DNA from: Oligoflexia bacterium
GTDB taxonomy: Bacteria; Bdellovibrionota; Bdellovibrionia; JABDDW01
Assembly (NCBI GenBank): GCA_016715815.1
Contig: JADJXN010000001.1
Location: 259,678-323,677, forward strand
Length of the DNA: 64,000 nt
Direction of reading: 5' to 3'
Shown: positions 56,659-64,000 of the stretch, piece by piece
How the letters are laid out: every line of letters starts with the position of its first letter
How positions within the stretch are numbered: position 1 is the stretch's first letter
Made by a program: the position numbers and the translations under genes
The notes under the pieces: model-generated
The model's database searches: none
What the model saw: the letters and a program-made list of their open reading frames with translations, nothing else
What the model was told of the DNA's origin: nothing

Positions 56659-57732
56659 GTGAGCAGCGTTATTGAAGCAGCCATTCAAGGCTTTTTAGGG
56701 CCAATAATAGACTATCTTCAAGATGCAAGTGTAAGTGAAATTCTAATTAACGGCCCTTCAGAAATATTTATTGAAAAAAAAGGAAAGCTTGAAAAAACTG
56801 ATACTCAGTTTTTAGATGAAGATGCCCTACAAGCAGCAGTAAAAAATATTGCACAAAGTGTAGGAAGAAGAATTAACCAAAATGAACCAACACTTGATGC
56901 CAGATTACCTGATGGTTCAAGAATTCATGCTGTATTCCCACCTTGTAGTAGAGTTGGAACAGTAGTGAGTATTAGAAAATTTATGCAACAAAAAATAAGC
57001 TTTCCTGATTATATTAAGTGGGGAAGTATTAGCCTTGAAGCAGCCCAATTTTTAGATGTTTGCATGTTTTTAGGTAAAAATATTTTAGTTAGTGGGGGGA
57101 CGGGCTCTGGAAAAACAACCCTTTTAAGTTTACTTTCTTCAAGGATTCCTAAAGGACAAAGAGTTATTTTAATTGAAGATGCAAGTGAATTAACTCTAGA
57201 TTATGATCACGTTGTAAAATTTGAAACAAGACTGCCTGACCAAGAAGGTAAGGGTGAAGTTAAAATGAGAGATCTTCTAAAATCTTCTTTAAGACTGCGC
57301 CCTGATAGAATTATAGTTGGTGAAGTACGGGGATCTGAGGCAATTGAGCTCATAAATGCCATGAACACTGGTCATAATGGGTGTTTAGGCACCATACACG
57401 CCAACTCACCAGCTGATTCCTTGGTACGCCTTGAGACACTTGCCATGAGTGCTGAGGGTAAAATTTCTGAAGTAGCCATTAGACAACAAATTGCCTCAGC
57501 TATTCAAATTGTGGTGCAGATTTCACGCTTTCATGATGGCTTAAGACGAGTTACCCACATTAGTGAAGTGTGTGGGTTAAATTTAGATAAAACATATAAT
57601 GTTATAGATATTTTTAAATCTTTAGTCAACGGGGATAACTTAAGTGTTTGTGGAAATGCGCCAAGCTTTATTACTGAAATAGAAGCCAGCAAAATTCCCT
57701 TCGGACGTGATAAGTTCTCAAAGGCTAGTTAA
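56659..57732 (+). CDS. type II/IV secretion system ATPase, short VirB11/CpaF-like form
   Basis: The Walker A box is [19 protein letters not shown] is the Asp/Walker B region. The His box is [15 protein letters not shown]. 357 aa with no N-terminal extension. Confidence 0.85.
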   Translation: MSSVIEAAIQGFLGPIIDYLQDASVSEILINGPSEIFIEKKGKLEKTDTQFLDEDALQAAVKNIAQSVGRRINQNEPTLDARLPDGSRIHAVFPPCSRVGTVVSIRKFMQQKISFPDYIKWGSISLEAAQFLDVCMFLGKNILVSGGTGSGKTTLLSLLSSRIPKGQRVILIEDASELTLDYDHVVKFETRLPDQEGKGEVKMRDLLKSSLRLRPDRIIVGEVRGSEAIELINAMNTGHNGCLGTIHANSPADSLVRLETLAMSAEGKISEVAIRQQIASAIQIVVQISRFHDGLRRVTHISEVCGLNLDKTYNVIDIFKSLVNGDNLSVCGNAPSFITEIEASKIPFGRDKFSKAS

Positions 57733-59878
57733 CAGTCCTTAAAATAGCCCTAACACATTGATTTAATTCTAAAGCTTTGTAAGCGTGGTCATCAGGTGTA
57801 ATGGGCGCATTAAGCAAACTATCAAGTGATGGTGTCTCTGATTTATCTGCCGAAGTTTTAATATGTCTTTTTAAATCAACAATGTCTCTAGATTCGCGCA
57901 TAGTTGAATGGGTTAATTTTCTAATCTGAGCTCTTATGCGATCATAATTTTCAATACCAATGCTAGGTGCTTTAAAAAGCATAAAAGCTGTTTCTAGTGT
58001 CTTTTTAAGCTCATCATGATTTTTTAACTCGCTTAATTTTTTACTTAGTTCATCTAAAATGGGATCATTTTTTGTTAACTGATTTTTAAGGTTGGAAATA
58101 ACAACGGCAAGGGCTTGGTTTTGTGCATTTTTACTTTTTAAAAGTTCATCAAGATAGGCTTTTTTAATTTGGCGCTGGGAAATAACATACTCAACATAAT
58201 TAATAAATCTTGGGTTAAAACTTTCAAAGCCTAATTCAGAAATAAGATCTAAGGTAACTTTTTCCATTTTAGGGATATATGGCGCTACTTTTTCAAGATC
58301 TGTTTTAAGGGCCTTAAGTTTAAAATCAAATTGCTTTAAGGTTCTTGCTACATCTTCCTCTGGGTATCCGTTTTGTTTTGCAAGCTGTGGAAAATTTTGT
58401 ATACGCATTTGATAAATTTCAGTTTCAGCTTCTAGTCTTTCTTTTTCAGACTTTAGCTGTTCTGTCAGTGCTACAAATCTTAAAAAGGGGTTTCTAAACT
58501 GAAGAATCTCAGGGTTTTGCGCATAAAAAATTTGATTTAATACTCTAATGTTATCCCGTGGATGGGTTTTGCCATTAGTACTTATGATCATATTTTGCTC
58601 TTCAATTGTTGTGGAGGCTTTAGAGAGCTCAAGTTGAGCTTTAATAATATCTACTGCCTTTTTAGTCTCTGCTCTTAAAGTGGGCGCATTTTGTTCTAAT
58701 CTCTGCTTTGCTGAAAGTTTAGTTAAACTTGAGCCACCACCGGTTTTAATATCAAACCTAACAGAGGTGTAAGGATCTTGAGCTGTGACACTTGTAAAAT
58801 CTGCTGAAGTTTCAAACTCACGGCTAATAATATTAAATGCAATTTTTGTTTGCTCTAAAAGGTCCTCAACATTTGGTCTAAAAGAGCTACCAATATTTTT
58901 TGCCATTTCTGTGAAGAAAAACTTTGTATCTCTTGGGACTTCTAAAAAGCGCATCACATCTACAAGACTTATAATAAATTTTTGGGAAGATTGAATTAAA
59001 ACCTGTGGGGGCAGGTTTTCCATGGCCTGCTCTGCCTGGTTTTTAGCAAGTTTTAAAGCTTCTCTTGATGGAACGTGATAACTTTTTGCCAAAGATAAAG
59101 CCTCAGCTTTTTGTACGCCATATCTTTCCTGCATATGTTCAGCAAGTTCTGACTCCAAACGGCTCATGAAATATTCATTAAATTCTCTCAAGACTTGTAT
59201 TGTTCTTTCAGATACGGGGCGCCCTTCTTTTGGATGATGAGCCATGGCTAGTGTGATAACCCTATTAAAAAGCATATTTAGAGACATTTGCTTTAACATA
59301 TGCTTTTGTAAAATATGTCCAAGCTCATGGGCAATAACGCCTTCAAGCTCGCCTCGGCTTACTTTTTCTAAAAGGCCATCAAAAATAACAAAAGAAACGG
59401 CATCTTTATTAGCCCCATACGTGTAGGCATTAATTGGTCCTTTAGCTCTAAAAATTTTTGCATTTTTAATTTGCTCTTCGCTAAAGCCGAGTTTGCGCAT
59501 GACTTTTGCGACAGAAACAAAAATATCAAGGCCTGTATCAGGGGTAATCAGAGTCATACCTTTTAAATTTTCAGCATCAGTAAGTCTAAGTCGTTCGTTT
59601 AAAGCAATTTCAATTAACTCTAAGGTCTGGGAAATAACGGGGTCATTAACCATGGTGTAATAAAGCTGCTTGTCTAGGTAGGTGGAAAGGTGGTCAATTT
59701 GTGCTTCATTAAATTTTTTATTTAAAAAAGGATCCTTCATAAGCTCAGAAAAAAGTGCGTCAGATTTTCTCTGTTTGATTTGTTCAACGGACTTAACATC
59801 TTGGTAAGGATTTTTAGCAAATGTAAGAATTGAAAAACTTGTAATCAAGATACCGAAAAAGGTGTTTATTTTAGACAT
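57725..59878 (-). CDS. M48-family zinc metallopeptidase with a long C-terminal helical/coiled-coil extension
   Basis: The start at MSKINTFF... is supported by an AGGAG RBS 7 nt upstream. VIAHELGHILQKH is the HExxH of M48. About 450 aa of repetitive helical sequence follows. Confidence 0.8.
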   Translation of the reverse strand: MSKINTFFGILITSFSILTFAKNPYQDVKSVEQIKQRKSDALFSELMKDPFLNKKFNEAQIDHLSTYLDKQLYYTMVNDPVISQTLELIEIALNERLRLTDAENLKGMTLITPDTGLDIFVSVAKVMRKLGFSEEQIKNAKIFRAKGPINAYTYGANKDAVSFVIFDGLLEKVSRGELEGVIAHELGHILQKHMLKQMSLNMLFNRVITLAMAHHPKEGRPVSERTIQVLREFNEYFMSRLESELAEHMQERYGVQKAEALSLAKSYHVPSREALKLAKNQAEQAMENLPPQVLIQSSQKFIISLVDVMRFLEVPRDTKFFFTEMAKNIGSSFRPNVEDLLEQTKIAFNIISREFETSADFTSVTAQDPYTSVRFDIKTGGGSSLTKLSAKQRLEQNAPTLRAETKKAVDIIKAQLELSKASTTIEEQNMIISTNGKTHPRDNIRVLNQIFYAQNPEILQFRNPFLRFVALTEQLKSEKERLEAETEIYQMRIQNFPQLAKQNGYPEEDVARTLKQFDFKLKALKTDLEKVAPYIPKMEKVTLDLISELGFESFNPRFINYVEYVISQRQIKKAYLDELLKSKNAQNQALAVVISNLKNQLTKNDPILDELSKKLSELKNHDELKKTLETAFMLFKAPSIGIENYDRIRAQIRKLTHSTMRESRDIVDLKRHIKTSADKSETPSLDSLLNAPITPDDHAYKALELNQCVRAILRTVN

Positions 59879-59987
59879 CAAATTGCTCCTATAAGTTTTA
59901 GGCAAACTTATCAATACTTTTAGCAACTTAGGTGCCAATATCTGGTAGACAATAGGGCTGTTAATCTATAAAAAATGCCTAAAACCT

Positions 59988-61397
59988 ATGATAAATCAGG
60001 GAAGTTGTAAATTTACAAGCTGCTTAATGGCCTATTTGGAAAAGCAAGGTCTAACGACTTTGCCATTAATAGATGCTTTTGACTACCCTGAAGAGTATTT
60101 AAAAGATCCTCATAGTTGGATTTCACTAACTGAAGCAGAAAAATTTTTTGAAAAGGCTATTAAAATAACCGATGACTTACTGGTTGCACGACACTGTGGA
60201 CTTTTAATTAAAAACCTCTCTGCTCTTGGTGCTTTGGATAATGTTTTTAAAATGATGACCGATGGCGCTCAAAGCTACTACTCACGTATTGATAGGTACT
60301 TAAGTTATTTTCTCGCTCCGCAGCCAATTTATAATGAATTAGAAAGAACTCCCTCTTTAGTTAAATTTGAATTTCCAATTGAGCGCGCTCAATTCCCAAA
60401 TGTTTTTGATTTTCTAATTGCTACCTTAGAGGTGTTACCTAAGTACACAGGTCATGGGGCTTCTCAAGTAAAGCTAAGCCAACTTAATATTGTAGAAATA
60501 AGTTGGGAAACTAAACAACAAAGCCTTTTTGAAGAAGGAACTGAGGGGCGAGTGCTAAACCCCAAACTTGTAGAGCAAATGAGCGTTTTACTACAAGATA
60601 GTGAGCGAAAAATTGAGGAATTAAAATTAGAAAATAAACGCCTGGCTGACAGATTAAAAGAACAAATCGGAACCCATAGTTTGGCGGTTTTAGCAGCCGG
60701 TGTAGCCCATGAGATTAATAATCCCCTTTCTTTTGTTACAAGTAATATTACTAGATTTAAAGAATATTTTGAGGTGCTTAAGCAAGTTGCTTCCCAAACG
60801 CCAAGTGAAAATTTTAAAAAGCAATTTGATTTAGATTTTATTTTATCTGAAACACCTTTAATGCTTCAAGAAAGTCTTGAAGGTTTGCACCGGGTAAAAG
60901 AAATTGTTAGAGATCTTTCAGCACTTGCTCACCCAGATCAAGGGCGCACTGAGCGAAAAATAAAGACAGATCTAAATGAGCTTTTAGAGAGTTCTGTAAA
61001 AGTAATTACTCAAAAAAATATGGGAAAAATTAAAATTAAAAAGCAGCTCAAACTTGGTGAGAAAGTAGCTCTTTACCCTGTAAGAATGAGCCAGGTTTTT
61101 GTGAACTTATTAAGCAATGCTGCTCAAGCTATAGAAGATAAGGGTGTAATAGAAGTTAAAACATGGGCTGAGAAAAATAATGCCATAATAGAAATTAAAG
61201 ACTCAGGCCATGGAATGGATGAGGAAACTAAAAAAAATATTTTTACTCCATTTTTTACTACAAAAACTCAAGGGCAAGGAATGGGGCTTGGTTTAAGTAT
61301 TGCCCAAAGTATTATTGAAATGCATAAAGGAAAAATGAGTGTTAATAGTATGCCAGGGCAAGGAAGTATATTTACTATTGAACTACCAATAAATTAG
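59988..61397 (+). CDS. sensor histidine kinase (cytoplasmic, no TM segment)
   Basis: The H-box is [15 protein letters not shown]. The N box is LLSNAAQA, the G1 box is DSGHGMD and the G2 box is [10 protein letters not shown]. Confidence 0.88.
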   Translation: MINQGSCKFTSCLMAYLEKQGLTTLPLIDAFDYPEEYLKDPHSWISLTEAEKFFEKAIKITDDLLVARHCGLLIKNLSALGALDNVFKMMTDGAQSYYSRIDRYLSYFLAPQPIYNELERTPSLVKFEFPIERAQFPNVFDFLIATLEVLPKYTGHGASQVKLSQLNIVEISWETKQQSLFEEGTEGRVLNPKLVEQMSVLLQDSERKIEELKLENKRLADRLKEQIGTHSLAVLAAGVAHEINNPLSFVTSNITRFKEYFEVLKQVASQTPSENFKKQFDLDFILSETPLMLQESLEGLHRVKEIVRDLSALAHPDQGRTERKIKTDLNELLESSVKVITQKNMGKIKIKKQLKLGEKVALYPVRMSQVFVNLLSNAAQAIEDKGVIEVKTWAEKNNAIIEIKDSGHGMDEETKKNIFTPFFTTKTQGQGMGLGLSIAQSIIEMHKGKMSVNSMPGQGSIFTIELPIN

Positions 61398-61411
61398 AAA
61401 GGGCAGGGCAA

Positions 61412-62689
61412 GTGGCAAAAATATTAAAAATTCATGGGCGAGAAATTTTAGACTCACGCGGAAACCCCACCGTAGAAGTTGATGTTTTACTTGATGACGG
61501 ATCTTTGGGCCGTGCTGCTGTCCCATCAGGAGCCTCAACTGGAGCCCATGAAGCACTTGAAATGCGTGACGGTGATAAAAAGCGCTACCTTGGTAAAGGC
61601 GTTCAAAATGCTGTCATGAATGTGAATAAAAAAATTGCCCCAAAGCTTAAAGGCATGAAAGCTGATGACCAAGAGCTTATTGATAAAGCTATGCTTAAAC
61701 TTGATGGCACAGCTAATAAGGCAGAGCTTGGAGCTAATGCCATTTTAGGGGTAAGTCTTGCTGTTATAAAAGCATTTAGTCAATCAGTGGGAAAACCACT
61801 TTATGAAGTGGCCCTTCAAAAAAAAGAATTTAAACTTCCAGTACCATTGATGAATATTTTAAATGGCGGAGCCCATGCCGATAACGGCCTTGATATTCAA
61901 GAATTCATGATTGCCCCGGTTTGTGGTGACAGATTTAGTGAAAGCTTAAGAGCTGGAGCTGAAATATTTCATACTCTAAAAGGGATTTTAAAAAAACAAG
62001 GTCTTTCAACAGGTATTGGTGATGAAGGTGGTTTTGCACCAAAGCTTGGCTCAAACTTAAAAGCATTAGAGTTTGTGGCCGATGCCGTTGAAAAGGCGGG
62101 CTATAAGCTTGGTAAAGATGTCTTTTTAGCCTTAGATGTTGCTGCTACGGAGCTTTATAACCCTGAGACAAAAATGTATCGATGGGAGAGCCGCCAAATT
62201 GACCATGACGAGCTTGTTACAATTTATAATAGTTGGTCCCAAAACTTCCCACTGGCCAGTATTGAAGATGGCTTAAGCGAGGACGATTGGGCGGGGTGGA
62301 AAAAATTAACTGCTAAAATAGGCAATCGGGTGCAACTTGTAGGGGATGATTTATTTGTCACAAACCCTGAGCGTATCAAAAAGGGTATTAAAGACGGTGT
62401 GGCTAATGCAGTTTTAATTAAGGTAAATCAAATAGGTACTTTAACGGAAACTTTTGAAGCCTGCCAAATTGCCCATAAAGCCAAGTACCACACAGTTATG
62501 TCCCATAGAAGCGGGGAAACTGAAGATGCCACGATTGCCGATTTGGCCGTGGCCACGGGTTCTGAGCAAATAAAAACAGGGTCATTATGTAGAGGGGAAA
62601 GAACTGCAAAATATAACCAGCTTTTACGCATTGAAGAAGAATTGGGAACAAGAGCCCACTTTTGGGGATTAGAGGCGTTTAAGAAATAA
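61412..62689 (+). CDS. eno: enolase
   Basis: [14 protein letters not shown] and SHRSGETED are enolase signatures. Confidence 0.97.
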   Translation: MAKILKIHGREILDSRGNPTVEVDVLLDDGSLGRAAVPSGASTGAHEALEMRDGDKKRYLGKGVQNAVMNVNKKIAPKLKGMKADDQELIDKAMLKLDGTANKAELGANAILGVSLAVIKAFSQSVGKPLYEVALQKKEFKLPVPLMNILNGGAHADNGLDIQEFMIAPVCGDRFSESLRAGAEIFHTLKGILKKQGLSTGIGDEGGFAPKLGSNLKALEFVADAVEKAGYKLGKDVFLALDVAATELYNPETKMYRWESRQIDHDELVTIYNSWSQNFPLASIEDGLSEDDWAGWKKLTAKIGNRVQLVGDDLFVTNPERIKKGIKDGVANAVLIKVNQIGTLTETFEACQIAHKAKYHTVMSHRSGETEDATIADLAVATGSEQIKTGSLCRGERTAKYNQLLRIEEELGTRAHFWGLEAFKK

Positions 62690-62857
62690 TGGGGTCAATG
62701 TGGCTAACAATTTACGGCACTTTAAGCTAAATTGGAGCGTTCTGCCCACTAAAACCCCAGGTCTTTAAGGCATATAGCTAAATTTGGTGGCACATACATT
62801 GCTCTTGTTATTCCACGGCTGTTAAGTTAAATGAACGTTTTTAAGGAGAAACCACAA

Positions 62858-63967
62858 ATGAATAAGCTATTAGGCCTTTTAGTAGTGTTTGCACTTGTTA
62901 GTCAGCTAGCTGATGCTGCCCCAAAAAAGAAATCAAAGGTTAAAAAATCAAAGACAACAAATACGTCTACAACCTCAAAGAGAAACAAGAAAATGACTCC
63001 TGAGCAGATTAAGCAGGCAAATAAAGCCGCCGCTGCTGCAGTTGATGTTGCACAAAAGCCAGCGCCAGTGGGCTTAGTTGCTAAGGTTACTCCAGCGGCA
63101 CCAACAGCTATAACAACAACGCAAGTAAAACAGCCAGAAGTAGCAAAAGCTAAATCAGGTTTTGGTTTAACATGGCTTAGCATAAATGGTTTGGGAATGA
63201 GACCTTTTCAAGGAATTGACGATGGTAAGTTGGTTGAGATTTCCTCTTGGGAGCAGCCCAATATTAAATATAAATTTAATGAAAACTGGTCAGTAGCTGT
63301 AATGCCTCAATTTTTCCATACATGGTTTGGTGATCAGCAAAAAGAACAAGATGTTGGAGCAAAAAGTGGTCAGCTAGAGCAAGGTGCTGCATTTAATATG
63401 GGTAACGTTGCTTTAAAGCTTACAAATTCAAATTTGCTAAAATTTGGTGATGGCTTTAAAGTTGATGGCCAACTAAGATTTGATCTTCCAACAAGTGAAG
63501 TTGCTCAGAAAAATGATCAGGTGGGTGAAACATGGGTATCAACAGGCATTTCAAAATCTTTTGGTAAGTTTGATCTTAAAGGAACACTTATTGGACGCAT
63601 TTACCATCAAAGTTATAACACCTCAAGACTTGTTGATAATAAAGATGTTCGTTTGCAGAATAAAGCTGCTCGTCACTATCAGTACTTAGATGTAGGCTAT
63701 AACTTTACAGAGAAACTCAATCTCACACTTGAGTACGGAACCTATGTTACTTACTCTTTTGAAGATGTTGAAACAAATCGTCCTCAAAAAGTTAGCATGA
63801 ACAGGATTGCAGATATTGGTCTGAGTTATACATTTACAAAAAACTTTACTCTAGCAGTAGGTCTTTCTGAGGTAACAAGTTCCATAAATGATACTCGTAT
63901 GCCCTTTGACACTGCTAACACTGCTGAGGGTGGGGAAGCATACTTTGTAGCTTCATTTAATATCTAG
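62858..63967 (+). CDS. outer-membrane protein / putative porin with an N-terminal Lys/Thr/Ala-rich low-complexity segment
   Basis: The ATG at 62858 follows an AAGGAG RBS, and the track ORF starts at 62831. It has a signal peptide and then a beta-rich sequence with aromatic-ended strands. Confidence 0.6.
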   Translation: MNKLLGLLVVFALVSQLADAAPKKKSKVKKSKTTNTSTTSKRNKKMTPEQIKQANKAAAAAVDVAQKPAPVGLVAKVTPAAPTAITTTQVKQPEVAKAKSGFGLTWLSINGLGMRPFQGIDDGKLVEISSWEQPNIKYKFNENWSVAVMPQFFHTWFGDQQKEQDVGAKSGQLEQGAAFNMGNVALKLTNSNLLKFGDGFKVDGQLRFDLPTSEVAQKNDQVGETWVSTGISKSFGKFDLKGTLIGRIYHQSYNTSRLVDNKDVRLQNKAARHYQYLDVGYNFTEKLNLTLEYGTYVTYSFEDVETNRPQKVSMNRIADIGLSYTFTKNFTLAVGLSEVTSSINDTRMPFDTANTAEGGEAYFVASFNI

Positions 63968-64000
63968 TTAAGATATACAAACATAAGATTTTAAAAACCC

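Noticed and set aside
53053-57732. Possible phage-defence island or prophage (HNH endonuclease plus ATPase).
   Set aside because: There is no integrase, no phage structural or replication gene, no flanking repeats and no recognisable multi-gene defence architecture. Each gene is kept as a separate observation.

Overview
This is a low-GC, lysine-rich Gram-negative chromosomal window. Every gene from 1 to 31.9 kb is on the + strand and closely packed, with no strand switch. The order is rpoB (5' partial)-rpoC, then a sigma70-like promoter, then rpsL-rpsG-fusA-tuf, the complete S10 operon, the spc operon (no S14 gene between rplE and rpsH), secY-adk-map-infA-rpmJ and the alpha operon (rpsM-rpsK-rpsD-rpoA-rplQ). 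The same strand then runs on into purK-purE-tsaC, a PAP2 phosphatase and a GST. The second half is accessory-like. It holds glutamate dehydrogenase, LPS-heptose genes (heptosyltransferase, heptose-7-P kinase), rlmN, two GGDEF diguanylate cyclases (one next to a calcineurin-like metallophosphoesterase, one fused to FHA), a PilZ receptor, PhoH2, pgi and an acyl-CoA dehydrogenase. It also holds an ECF sigma/anti-sigma pair, several outer-membrane beta-barrels, a TonB-like protein, an FKBP isomerase, an HNH endonuclease, a short VirB11/CpaF-like secretion ATPase with no partner genes, a long M48 peptidase, a cytoplasmic histidine kinase and enolase. At least five conserved genes (rpoC, tuf, rpsE, secY, the ECF sigma) are broken by single-base indels inside homopolymer runs. 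This is most simply explained as sequencing or assembly error, not as biology. tuf has an A/G-ending codon preference that differs from all its neighbours. No rRNA, tRNA, CRISPR array, integrase or transposase was recognised. Lineage assignment (possibly Bdellovibrionota/Oligoflexia-like) is tentative.
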